From Ruminococcus albus 7 = DSM 20455 (GTDB lineage Bacteria > Bacillota > Clostridia > Oscillospirales > Ruminococcaceae), in the NCBI RefSeq assembly GCF_000179635.2, contig NC_014833.1, forward strand, positions 1,980,001-2,012,000: a stretch of 32,000 nucleotides of DNA, read 5' to 3'. The translations under genes and the position numbers were made by a program. Of the stretch, positions 18,700 through 27,121 are shown in pieces (the first letter of the stretch is position 1; each line of letters opens with the position of its first letter). The notes under the pieces were generated by a model. The model saw only the letters and a program-made list of their open reading frames with translations, was not told the origin of the DNA and made no database searches.

Positions 18700-19074
18700 A
18701 TGGATGACAAGCAGCTGCTTATAGAAAAGTATCATCTTATACATGAAAACAATGCGTGGTATTCGGACAGGGAAAACTCTCATAAGCATCTTATTTTTAA
18801 AGATGTTTTCTATGAGCGGAACGATGTCATTGGACTGCTTTTTCGCATAAACAAGCTTTGTGCTGCCAAGGTAAAATACTTTCGTGCAAATATAGATAAA
18901 TTTGATCCGATGAAGTATGACTATAAAAATGGATTTATATCCGTCCCTCTGTGGGATGCTGATTTCCTGAAACATCGTGCATCCGGATTTATCATTGATT
19001 TCAGGTATTTACAGACTATTACTGTATATGAGGATTTTATTGCTCTTTGTGAAGAGCTTGAGCGTTTTGAATGA
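18700..19074 (+). CDS. Hypothetical protein
   Basis: 124-aa ORF with GGTGA 5 nt upstream of the ATG. No motif recognised. Confidence 0.5.
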   Translation: MDDKQLLIEKYHLIHENNAWYSDRENSHKHLIFKDVFYERNDVIGLLFRINKLCAAKVKYFRANIDKFDPMKYDYKNGFISVPLWDADFLKHRASGFIIDFRYLQTITVYEDFIALCEELERFE

Positions 19075-19151
19075 TAATACAAACAAAGCTAAACTGTGGC
19101 ATAAAGCTTATATTAGTGATCTGCCACTGTCATCGAGAAGGAGGTCTACTT

Positions 19152-19631
19152 ATGGAAAAACTGCTGAAACTTTTAAAGTCAAATGCAAGACTCTCAAATG
19201 CCGAACTTGCTGTAATGCTCGGTAAGACTGAGGGTGAGGTCGCCGCGGAGATAGAAAAACTGGAAAAAGACGGAATAATTACCGGTTATACTGCTATAGT
19301 TGACGAAGCTGTGTATGATCCTAATTCTGTTACCGCTTTGATCGAATTAAAAGTTACCCCACAGTCACAATCCGGCTATGATGATATAGCTAAATCCATA
19401 GCAGCTTATGATCAAGTAGAATCCGTACGACTAATGTCAGGAGTATATGACATACTGGTATCAGTTACAGGTACAAATATCCGTGAAGTTTCAAGATTTG
19501 TTGCTGAAAATCTAGCAGCTATGGATGGTGTGCAGTCTACAGCAACTCACTTTCTGCTGAGAAGCTATAAAGTCAATGGTATATCCGTTACTGCTGATGA
19601 TAAAGATGAGAGGGGATTGATGTTCCCATGA
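19152..19631 (+). CDS. Lrp/AsnC-family transcriptional regulator
   Basis: Start refined to ATG 19152 (AGGAGG upstream). The N-terminal HTH LLKSNARLSNAELAVMLGKTEGEVAAEIEKLEKDGIITGY is followed by a RAM/ACT-like domain. Confidence 0.9.
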   Translation: MEKLLKLLKSNARLSNAELAVMLGKTEGEVAAEIEKLEKDGIITGYTAIVDEAVYDPNSVTALIELKVTPQSQSGYDDIAKSIAAYDQVESVRLMSGVYDILVSVTGTNIREVSRFVAENLAAMDGVQSTATHFLLRSYKVNGISVTADDKDERGLMFP

Positions 19632-20809
19632 TAGATTACAATAAGATCCTTTCTCCTGCTATTGTGGATATGAAGCCATCCGGCATACGAAAATTCTTCG
19701 ATATTGCACAGCAGCTGGAGGGTGTTATCTCTCTTGGTGTTGGTGAACCTGATTTCAAAACACCGTGGGTGGTCAGACGTGAAGCGATAAACGTACTGGA
19801 AAAGGGCAGAACTTCTTATACTGCAAATGCAGGTCTCGCAGAACTCCGCAAAGAGATAGCACGTTATTTCAGCGACAGGATAGGTGTAAACTATGATCCC
19901 AATGATGAGATAATCGTAACCGTAGGAGGTTCTGAGGGAATAGATCTTTGTATCAGGTCCATTGTAACAGCAGGTGATGAGGTATTGATAGTTCAGCCTT
20001 CATTTGTCTGTTACAGCCCCATAGTTACACTATGCGGAGGAGTTCCTGTGCCTATAGAGACTAAGGCTGAAAATGAATTCCGTCTTACTGCCGAGGAATT
20101 AAGAAGTAAGATAACCGAAAAAACAAAACTTCTGGTTCTGCCTTTCCCGAATAATCCCACAGGTGCGATCATGCGCAGAGAAGATCTTGAAGAAATTGCA
20201 GAAGTTCTTCGTGATACAAATGTCCTTGTTCTCTCTGATGAGATATATTCTGAGCTTACATACAGCGGAAAGCACGTTTCAATTGCGTCCCTTCCTGGGA
20301 TGAGAGAGCGTACAATTGTCATAAACGGATTTTCAAAGGCTTATGCCATGACAGGCTGGCGACTTGGTATCGCTGCTGCCCCCCGGGAGATAACATCGCA
20401 GATGCTTAAACTCCACCAGTACGCTATTATGTCTTCACCGACAGTCAGTCAGTTCGCAGCGATTACAGCACTAAGGGAATGTGATGAAGATATCGCAAAA
20501 ATGCGTGATGAATACGATATGCGTCGTCGTTATCTCGTTGATGCTTTCAATAAGCTTGGTCTTGATTGTTTTACGCCTCAGGGTGCGTTTTATGTGTTCC
20601 CATGTATCAGAAGTACCGGGCTTTCAAGCAGCGATTTTTGTGAAAAACTGGTTTACAGTAAAAAAGTTGCTGTTGTTCCGGGTAATGCATTCGGTGATTG
20701 TGGCGAGGGTTTTGTGCGTGTCTCCTATGCATATTCTCTAAGCCACCTCAGAGAAGCGATAAAGCGTATCAGCGAATTTTTAGAGGAGCTTAAAAATGGC
20801 ACTGTATAA
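19628..20809 (+). CDS. Class I/II PLP-dependent aminotransferase
   Basis: 393 aa. NPTG motif (FPNNPTGA) and the PLP-lysine motif NGFSKAYAMTGWRLG. ATGA overlap with the AsnC regulator gene. Confidence 0.9.
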   Translation: MIDYNKILSPAIVDMKPSGIRKFFDIAQQLEGVISLGVGEPDFKTPWVVRREAINVLEKGRTSYTANAGLAELRKEIARYFSDRIGVNYDPNDEIIVTVGGSEGIDLCIRSIVTAGDEVLIVQPSFVCYSPIVTLCGGVPVPIETKAENEFRLTAEELRSKITEKTKLLVLPFPNNPTGAIMRREDLEEIAEVLRDTNVLVLSDEIYSELTYSGKHVSIASLPGMRERTIVINGFSKAYAMTGWRLGIAAAPREITSQMLKLHQYAIMSSPTVSQFAAITALRECDEDIAKMRDEYDMRRRYLVDAFNKLGLDCFTPQGAFYVFPCIRSTGLSSSDFCEKLVYSKKVAVVPGNAFGDCGEGFVRVSYAYSLSHLREAIKRISEFLEELKNGTV

Positions 20810-21695
20810 TAATATCAAAGTCAAGGCATACGGCAAAATAAACCTTTTGCTGGATATAATAGGAAGGCGTGAAGACGGATATCATATGCTTAATACCGTC
20901 ATGCAGACGGTAAGTGTGTATGATACGCTTGAACTTTCGATAGACGCTGATTCTCCGGAAGGTATAGAGATTGTTTGCGACAAGGAGGGATTCCCCCTTG
21001 ACAGCAGTAATCTTATCTGGAAGGCAGCTGAGTTATTCAAAGAGTATACGGGTATCACTTTCGGCGGAAAACTTATAGTCAAAGTTGAGAAAAATCTGCC
21101 GTCTCAGGCAGGTATGGGCGGCGGCAGCGCCGATTGCGCGGCCATGCTGAAAGCTATGAATACATTCTTCTGTACACTGAAAGATGAGGATGAACTCTGT
21201 GAACTTGGTGCAAAGCTTGGTGCAGATGTTCCGTTTTGTATAAAGGGCGGTACAAGGCTATGTCAGGGTATAGGTGAGATAACAAATAAGCTGCCATCCA
21301 TAGACTGTGCTTTTGTTATAGTCAAGCCGGATGTCAGTGTTTCCACACCTGAGGCTTATAAGCGTTATGATCTTATGAAATCTCCTCCGAGGAGCCATCT
21401 CGATTATTTCCTTAAATCGCTTGCTTCCGGTAATGTTTTCTCCACTATCATATACCTCTTCAATGTTTTTGAAGCAGCCATAGACCAGCCGGAGATAGCA
21501 CAGGCTAAACAGACCCTAAAAGAGGCAGGTGCCCTCAATACACTTATGACAGGCAGTGGTTCAGCTGTATTCGGTGTTTTTGAAAATGAAAAATATGCTG
21601 AACAAGCTGCTGCAAAACTTTCAGGCAAGTATAATTACTGTGAGGTATGTGTTCCCGTAAAGAGTGGATATGAGCTTATGTGGGTCAACAGATAG
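20796..21695 (+). CDS. ispE: 4-diphosphocytidyl-2-C-methyl-D-erythritol kinase
   Basis: AYGKINLLLDIIGRREDGYH and the GHMP kinase motif PSQAGMGGGSADCAA. Confidence 0.93.
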   Translation: MALYNNIKVKAYGKINLLLDIIGRREDGYHMLNTVMQTVSVYDTLELSIDADSPEGIEIVCDKEGFPLDSSNLIWKAAELFKEYTGITFGGKLIVKVEKNLPSQAGMGGGSADCAAMLKAMNTFFCTLKDEDELCELGAKLGADVPFCIKGGTRLCQGIGEITNKLPSIDCAFVIVKPDVSVSTPEAYKRYDLMKSPPRSHLDYFLKSLASGNVFSTIIYLFNVFEAAIDQPEIAQAKQTLKEAGALNTLMTGSGSAVFGVFENEKYAEQAAAKLSGKYNYCEVCVPVKSGYELMWVNR

Positions 21696-21717
21696 TATAG
21701 GAAAGGAAGGCAATTGA

Positions 21718-22719
21718 ATGAACTATAAATGTAAATTCTGCGGATACAGATTCAAGGACAAGGATGAACAGATATGTCCTGAATGCCTTACTGCCCGTGA
21801 AGATGATATTTCCTGTGGTATTTTCGGTGAAGACGAACACAGCCATGAACGTTTCGATGCTGATAATTTCTATGATGGTCGTGTTGTAAAAAGTGATACG
21901 TTCAAAGACGGTAAAGCAGATTTTCTGAAAGAAGAACGCCGTGAAGAGAACCGCGCTGCTGCTGCAAAGTACGAACGAAGAAATGGTGGAGATATCAACG
22001 TTGAGGCAACTCCGTCTCCTAGACTTTCAATAAATACGCAGTCATATAATTACGGTAACCAGTTTTCTGCAGTAAATAAAACAAATAGCCCTAAGAAGAA
22101 AAGCAGCGGTAAGGGTTGTGCTGTGTTTATTATTATTTTGATAATGCTCGGTATGTTCGGTGATAGGATACCTGAACTGATTGACAAAATCAAGGAAGAA
22201 ATAAATAGCACAAATAACAGTTCTTCCCAAGTCAGCAAAAATACCAAAGAACCCGAGATACAGGGTATTAAGGGTTCAAAATCGATCGACTGTGATTTTG
22301 ACATTTATTTGGAAAGTTTTGATATCAGCAGCATGACCTATGACGAAATGACTATTTTCCAGAAGCCTAATATTTTTTATTCGGATAATGACAACTGGAT
22401 TCCAGTCGAGGAAAGTGATCAGCGTGACTTAAAGTCTATGAAAATGACTTTTGTTTTTGAATACCCCGATCACAAAAAAGTAGAATCAGAAGATGTAGAG
22501 ATAAAAGATATCTACAGCTTTGGATATAATGCCGATAATGAGGCTACTAGTTTATATACCGGTTCAATTAATGATACTAACATTGTTAGTATCAAAAGAA
22601 CTGTTCTCAGCCCCACCATGTTTTTTGATGCAGGTTCTGAATCGGGATACATATTTATTGATCTTGATTATAAGGGCAAGGAGGTTACATTCACTTTCCC
22701 TGTTGAATTAATAGAATAA
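21718..22719 (+). CDS. Zinc-ribbon membrane protein, function unknown
   Basis: N-terminal CKFCGYRF...CPEC zinc ribbon, a single TM helix (GCAVFIIILIMLGMFG) and an extracytoplasmic C-terminal domain. Confidence 0.6.
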   Translation: MNYKCKFCGYRFKDKDEQICPECLTAREDDISCGIFGEDEHSHERFDADNFYDGRVVKSDTFKDGKADFLKEERREENRAAAAKYERRNGGDINVEATPSPRLSINTQSYNYGNQFSAVNKTNSPKKKSSGKGCAVFIIILIMLGMFGDRIPELIDKIKEEINSTNNSSSQVSKNTKEPEIQGIKGSKSIDCDFDIYLESFDISSMTYDEMTIFQKPNIFYSDNDNWIPVEESDQRDLKSMKMTFVFEYPDHKKVESEDVEIKDIYSFGYNADNEATSLYTGSINDTNIVSIKRTVLSPTMFFDAGSESGYIFIDLDYKGKEVTFTFPVELIE

Positions 22720-23624
22720 TGATTAGTAAAGAATTGCTGAAAAGCTGCAAACTTTGTCCTCGTAAATGCGGTGCTGAAAGGTTTGCAGGTAAATTGGGAT
22801 TCTGCCGCGCGGGGGCAGAGATAAAGATAGCACGTGCAGATCTTCATATGTGGGAAGAACCTCCTATCAGCGGTACTAACGGCTCGGGTACTGTCTTTTT
22901 CTCAGGCTGCAATCTGCAGTGCTGTTTTTGCCAGAATCATGTGATATCTGCTGAGGGAAAGGGCTTCGTGCTTACTGCGAAAGAACTTGCCGACACGTTT
23001 CTGATGCTGCAGGATAGGGGTGCTCATAACATAAATCTTGTAACCGCGGCTACCTATGTTCCGCAGATAATTGAAGCTCTTGACATAGCAGGGGACAAGC
23101 TTAACATACCGATCGTTTACAACAGCGGCGGATATGAAAACATTGAAACACTTGAAATGCTGAGAGGCTATGTGGATATCTTCCTGCCTGATCTGAAATA
23201 TTACTCAGGTGAGCTTTCTTCAGATTATTCCGGTGCTTCTGATTACTTTGGGTGTGCATCAAGGTCGCTCATTAAAATGCACGAGCTTGTAGGTTCGCCA
23301 AAGTTTGATGAAAACGGAATAATGAAAAGGGGAGTAATCGTAAGGCATCTTGTATTACCCTCATGTCGTCATGATTCCGCTAAGATCATCGGCTGGCTGG
23401 CAGATAATTTCACACCAAATGAGATACTTATAAGCCTTATGAGTCAGTATACTCCTATGTATAAAGCAAAGGATATCGAGGCGCTGTCCCGCAGAACGTC
23501 AACCTTTGAATATGAGTACGTTTGCAGACTTGTTGAAGGCTGTGGATTTGATGGATTTTTCCAGCAGAGAAGCGCTGCTGAGGACAAATATGTCCCGGAA
23601 TTTTTTGATAAGAAATACTATTGA
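22719..23624 (+). CDS. Radical SAM protein, PflX-type (COG1313, activating-enzyme-like)
   Basis: The FFSGCNLQCCFCQNH cluster supplies CX3CX2C. The 301-aa size is right, and no SPASM-type C-terminal Cys cluster was seen. Confidence 0.8.
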   Translation: MISKELLKSCKLCPRKCGAERFAGKLGFCRAGAEIKIARADLHMWEEPPISGTNGSGTVFFSGCNLQCCFCQNHVISAEGKGFVLTAKELADTFLMLQDRGAHNINLVTAATYVPQIIEALDIAGDKLNIPIVYNSGGYENIETLEMLRGYVDIFLPDLKYYSGELSSDYSGASDYFGCASRSLIKMHELVGSPKFDENGIMKRGVIVRHLVLPSCRHDSAKIIGWLADNFTPNEILISLMSQYTPMYKAKDIEALSRRTSTFEYEYVCRLVEGCGFDGFFQQRSAAEDKYVPEFFDKKYY

Positions 23625-23638
23625 TATCGGAGCAGCAA

Positions 23639-23989
23639 ATGAAAGAATTTAAATTACAGCCATTGCGGATATGTGCAGGTTGGAAAGTAGCCTATAATAA
23701 TTTCTCGGAATATGACCCTGAGAAAGATGAATCGGAATATTCATACGAGCTATATGAGGATCTTTTGCAGCTTGAAAACAACGAGCTTCTTATTGATCTC
23801 GGTTGGTATCCGCATGGTGAACTTGAGGGAAGTTATAAACTGTATATGGTCAATATCACTTTTGAAGCACCCTTTCAACATCCACTTGAAGTTTTTTCTT
23901 CTCGCTCAAAAACGGAGATACTTGAAAAGCTTGAATACTGGACAAATTCTGGCTTTTATCAGAAGTATATCAGGCCTACTGTAAAATGA
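23639..23989 (+). CDS. Hypothetical small protein
   Basis: Start refined to ATG 23639 (GGAG 7 nt upstream); the track starts at TTG 23621. No recognised motif. Confidence 0.5.
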   Translation: MKEFKLQPLRICAGWKVAYNNFSEYDPEKDESEYSYELYEDLLQLENNELLIDLGWYPHGELEGSYKLYMVNITFEAPFQHPLEVFSSRSKTEILEKLEYWTNSGFYQKYIRPTVK

Positions 23990-24033
23990 TATAATTATCT
24001 CTTAAATATTAATCGATTTGTAATAACTAACCC

Positions 24034-24062
24034 TTGACAATCAGTACAAAATGCGTTATAAT
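24034..24062 (+). promoter_or_regulatory. Sigma-A-type promoter of the HD-domain gene
   Basis: TTGACA (24034..24039), 17 nt, TATAAT (24057..24062). Confidence 0.6.
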
Positions 24063-24144
24063 GACAATAAGAACTATGAATTGGTTCTTATCACAAAACA
24101 AACACATAATACTGATTGACAGATAAAGAAAAGAGGGAATGCCG

Positions 24145-24672
24145 ATGTCTAAAGCTATGGGTTCAAGATACTCTGTTGAAACCTCCAAGGAGAGCAGAGA
24201 GTATTTTGAGTTCGTCAAGGATCTTCTTGATAATGAAGTAGTGCGTGAGATGAAGAAATTCAGACACCACTATAGTACAACCTGTTACCAGCATTGTCTT
24301 AATGTGTCATATTATAATTATATCGTCTGCAAAAAGCTGGGTCTGAATGCGAAAGCCGCTGCGAGAGCCGGTATGCTCCATGACCTGTTTCTGTACGACT
24401 GGCGCGATGAGCCAAGGAAAAAAGGCGAGCTGCCTCATGGTTTTACTCATCCAAGGATAGCTCTTGAAAATGCTAAGGAGCATTTTGAACTGGACAAGGT
24501 CGAGGAAGATATGATAATCAAGCATATGTGGCCGCTGACAGTTAAATTGCCCAAATATGCAGAGTCCTATGTTATAGTTATGATCGACAAATATGCCGCT
24601 ATGCTGGAGTTCGGTGTTCACTTCAAGAACGTTCTTTCAAACACTGTTCACTCCATACACAAGCATAATTAA
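24145..24672 (+). CDS. HD-domain phosphohydrolase
   Basis: H...HD pattern (HHYSTTCYQHCLNVS ... GMLHDLFLYDW). The second ATG (24145) is better spaced from AGAGGGA than the first (24139). Confidence 0.8.
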   Translation: MSKAMGSRYSVETSKESREYFEFVKDLLDNEVVREMKKFRHHYSTTCYQHCLNVSYYNYIVCKKLGLNAKAAARAGMLHDLFLYDWRDEPRKKGELPHGFTHPRIALENAKEHFELDKVEEDMIIKHMWPLTVKLPKYAESYVIVMIDKYAAMLEFGVHFKNVLSNTVHSIHKHN

Positions 24673-24695
24673 GATGCCTGATACAGAAAACAACA

Positions 24696-24735
24696 AGTCT
24701 CCTGCGCTGATCCCGCAGGAGACTTTATTTTTTTA
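24696..24735 (+). terminator. Rho-independent terminator after the HD gene (ancestrally bidirectional with the DUF218 gene)
   Basis: AGTCTCCTGCG (24696..24706) pairs with CGCAGGAGACT (24714..24724), followed by TTATTTTTTTA. Confidence 0.8.
24728..24735. repeat. Target-site duplication (left copy) of the IS
   Basis: TTTTTTTA lies immediately outside the left IR and is identical to 25759..25766. Confidence 0.75.
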
Positions 24736-24761
24736 AATGGTTATCCCCTTAACACACCACA
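24736..24761. repeat. IS left terminal inverted repeat
   Basis: AATGGTTATCCCCTTAACACACCACA. The reverse complement of 25733..25758 is CATGGTTATCCCTTTAACACACCACA (24/26 identical). Confidence 0.85.
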
Positions 24762-24768
24762 AGTAAGA

Positions 24769-25644
24769 TCACTGCACCAAAGCAGCCAAGAGCCTTAAAT
24801 ACGCACTGTTTCCCAGCTTACGACGGTTGAATTTGTAACAGTATTCGGCAGCATATAACGCTGTGTGGATCTTTTCGTTTCCGTGGTAAGTTCCCATGAT
24901 CATTGCTTTGAAGTTTGAAATAACTTTATGCATCCAGTTCAGCTGACCGCTTGTCGGATCATATGTCTCAAAAACATGGAAGTATTTCTGTGCCAGCGGT
25001 TTCTTGTAACTTCGAGCATTATCACTCTCGATCTTCGAGCCAGCGCGGATATTATCCCTGGCAAATCTACCCACAGTTATACCCTTTAAATTCGGCACAT
25101 CGCTCATTTTAACGTACTCGAGATTTCCTGCTGCGTTCTTTGATAAAGCTACGATCATCTTGACTTTTTCAGTACCTCTGCCGCGCTTTTTACCGTGAGT
25201 CGGAGCACCGAGATAGGTGTCGTCAAGCTCAACTATACCGTCCAGCAAATAGCGTTCTTCACGGCATTTCATAGCTTTTCTGATGCGATGAAGGATGTAC
25301 CATGCAGTCTTGTAGGTCACCCCCAAAGACCTCATCAGCGTAACAGCAGAAACACTGCATTTGTTGCTCATAATGAGGAATGCGGTGACTATCCACAGTC
25401 TGAGCGGAATATGTGTTCTGTGCATAAAAGTTCCGTTTGTGGCGGAAATATCTGCTTTACATAACTTGCAGCGCAGCAGATGACGTGACCTTATCCTGCG
25501 GTACTCAGAGCCACCGCAAAACGGGCAGGCAAAGCCCTTTTCAAAGCGGATATCAAGCAGAAAATCCTTGCAAAAGCTTTCATCTGCGAACTTTGAGTAT
25601 ATCCCATCAAGTGTGATCTCAGGTTTCGGAAATCTTTTTGACAT
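24769..25644 (-). CDS. IS1595-family (ISXO2-like) DDE transposase with N-terminal zinc ribbon
   Basis: 291 aa. Zinc ribbon CPFCGGSEYRR...CKLCK, then the DDE_Tnp_IS1595-like core (VELDDTYLG ... IESDNARSY ... EYCYKFNRR). Confidence 0.9.
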   Translation of the reverse strand: MSKRFPKPEITLDGIYSKFADESFCKDFLLDIRFEKGFACPFCGGSEYRRIRSRHLLRCKLCKADISATNGTFMHRTHIPLRLWIVTAFLIMSNKCSVSAVTLMRSLGVTYKTAWYILHRIRKAMKCREERYLLDGIVELDDTYLGAPTHGKKRGRGTEKVKMIVALSKNAAGNLEYVKMSDVPNLKGITVGRFARDNIRAGSKIESDNARSYKKPLAQKYFHVFETYDPTSGQLNWMHKVISNFKAMIMGTYHGNEKIHTALYAAEYCYKFNRRKLGNSAYLRLLAALVQ

Positions 25645-25732
25645 AGCGACAGCTCCCTTCGGTTTCTGTCACTATTATACTATATTTTCTGAGTTTTGAG
25701 GTCTGTTTATTTGGACAGCATTGTAAATTATC

Positions 25733-25758
25733 TGTGGTGTGTTAAAGGGATAACCATG
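25733..25758. repeat. IS right terminal inverted repeat
   Basis: TGTGGTGTGTTAAAGGGATAACCATG, the partner of 24736..24761. Confidence 0.85.
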
Positions 25759-25766
25759 TTTTTTTA
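25759..25766. repeat. Target-site duplication (right copy) of the IS
   Basis: TTTTTTTA lies immediately outside the right IR. Confidence 0.75.
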
Positions 25767-25767
25767 T

Positions 25768-26526
25768 TTAATTTCCAAATACGAAGAAATGAGTTAGACC
25801 CAGCCATTCACGTACCCAGTAGGTCGGAACATATTTGGGCTGTGTATTGGCGGAATAGGCGGTCACGTTTTTAGCGCCCTCCTGCTTTGCGATAAGACTA
25901 GCGCGGTATTGGTGGAAACCGTCTGTAACTATCGTGATATCTCTGCCGCAGCCAAGTTTATCTGTTATGGCGAAAGAAAATTTGATATTCTCAAATGTGT
26001 TGGTAGATTTGTCCTCCATTATAAGACGGCTTTCATCAGCGCCTTTTTCCACAAGGTATCTTCGCATACCTTCTGCTTCGGAGATTTTTTCATCGCTGCC
26101 TTTCCCACCTGAGAGGACTACCAATGCATCGGGATGTTTTTGCATAGCTTCGTATGCAGCATCAAGTCTCCTCCTGAGCATTCGTGAAGGTCTTTCGCCC
26201 TTGACCTTACAACCGAGAACTATTATCAGGTCGGTTTCTTTAGGTTCATTTTCCTGTGCCTGGTACATTTTTGCGGAAAGTATACCAACATAGGTGAATC
26301 CGACAATTAGGAATAATATTACAGCTGTGATAATGCCTTTGCCCCACGCGTGTGACCATAGAATTTGTAGTAATTTGAAAAAATGAGCGTGTGCAGCTGT
26401 CGCCGCTATGAGTATTCCGAAAAAAGCAATTCCCGCAATATTTCCAGCATTTAATATTGGAAATGGTGCGATAAATAGCAACAGAAAAAATATTTCAACC
26501 GCCAGTATTACGTATTTAAAAGTCAT
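25768..26526 (-). CDS. YdcF/SanA-like DUF218 membrane protein
   Basis: 252 aa with N-terminal TM helices followed by the DUF218 core LIIVLGCKVKGERPSRMLRRRLDAAYEAMQKHPDALVVLSGGKG. RBS AAAGGAG. Confidence 0.85.
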   Translation of the reverse strand: MTFKYVILAVEIFFLLLFIAPFPILNAGNIAGIAFFGILIAATAAHAHFFKLLQILWSHAWGKGIITAVILFLIVGFTYVGILSAKMYQAQENEPKETDLIIVLGCKVKGERPSRMLRRRLDAAYEAMQKHPDALVVLSGGKGSDEKISEAEGMRRYLVEKGADESRLIMEDKSTNTFENIKFSFAITDKLGCGRDITIVTDGFHQYRASLIAKQEGAKNVTAYSANTQPKYVPTYWVREWLGLTHFFVFGN

Positions 26527-26556
26527 TGTTAGTGCTCCTTTTTTTAGTATGATACT

Positions 26557-26585
26557 ATTATAACATAGTGTACTGAATGATGCAA
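26557..26585 (-). promoter_or_regulatory. Sigma-A-type promoter of the DUF218 gene
   Basis: Minus strand TTGCAT (26585..26580), 17 nt, TATAAT (26562..26557), with extended -10 TG. Confidence 0.55.
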
Positions 26586-26598
26586 CTTATTTTTTTCT

Positions 26599-26629
26599 TA
26601 AAAAAACAGCAGACCCGAAAGTCTGCTGT
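26599..26629 (-). terminator. Rho-independent terminator after the HPr-like gene
   Basis: Minus strand: ACAGCAGAC pairs with GTCTGCTGT (26629..26606), followed by TTTTTTT. Confidence 0.7.
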
Positions 26630-26652
26630 TATACATCTCTTATTTACTCAAA

Positions 26653-26883
26653 TTATTCAACGATGAATTTCTTTATCTCTGCGAAGAACTTGTCAGCGTC
26701 ATCTGTGTGAGCTGTCAGCTGAATCGGGTTAGACAGATCGAGGCTGAATATACCCATTATAGACTTAGCGTCAACTGCATATCTTCCTGATGTCAGATCA
26801 ACATCAAAATCATACATCATAACGATGCCAACAAATTCCTTAACTGCCTGAATGGAATCAAGAGATATCTTAACCTTTTTCAT
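26653..26883 (-). CDS. HPr-family (Crh-like) small protein
   Basis: 76 aa. DAKSIMGIFSLDL matches the HPr Ser46 region (N/DAKSIMG.MSLG). The N-terminal region reads SIQAVKEFV where HPr has GIHARPA. RBS AAAGGAGG. Confidence 0.65.
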   Translation of the reverse strand: MKKVKISLDSIQAVKEFVGIVMMYDFDVDLTSGRYAVDAKSIMGIFSLDLSNPIQLTAHTDDADKFFAEIKKFIVE

Positions 26884-26954
26884 ATCGGTTCCTCCTTTAA
26901 TATCATGACTCTATAATTTAAATTTCTCCCGGCAGATCAACTGCCTACAATAAT

Positions 26955-26982
26955 ATTATAATCATATTTTCTAAAATGTCAA
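26955..26982 (-). promoter_or_regulatory. Sigma-A-type promoter of the HPr-like gene
   Basis: Minus strand TTGACA (26982..26977), 16 nt, TATAAT (26960..26955). Confidence 0.55.
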
Positions 26983-26988
26983 GTTATA

Positions 26989-27018
26989 TTTGCAAAAAAA
27001 AAGAAAATATGGTACAAT
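26989..27018 (+). promoter_or_regulatory. Candidate promoter of mtaB
   Basis: TTGCAA (26989..26994), 18 nt, TACAAT (27013..27018), preceded by TGG. Confidence 0.4.
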
Positions 27019-27121
27019 AGTCAATAGATGAGGTTAATCAAAGCTTCAATTGTGTGAACTCTACAATTGAGATGCCTTTATTTTGTGCATATCCAACATA
27101 TTTCGAGGTGGGCTATATTAT

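Larger units (their letters stand above)
24736..25758 (-). mobile_element. IS1595-family insertion sequence, intact (1023 bp)
   Basis: A single transposase ORF bounded by 26-bp imperfect terminal inverted repeats (24/26) and flanked by an 8-bp direct repeat TTTTTTTA. Confidence 0.85.

Noticed and set aside
22719-23624. Radical SAM gene considered as a RiPP maturase for the small peptide or the RRE operon
   Set aside because: It has a single CX3CX2C cluster and no SPASM/twitch Cys-rich C-terminus. Its size and sequence are typical of PflX-type activating-enzyme homologues, it is embedded in a housekeeping operon after ispE, and no RRE domain was seen.
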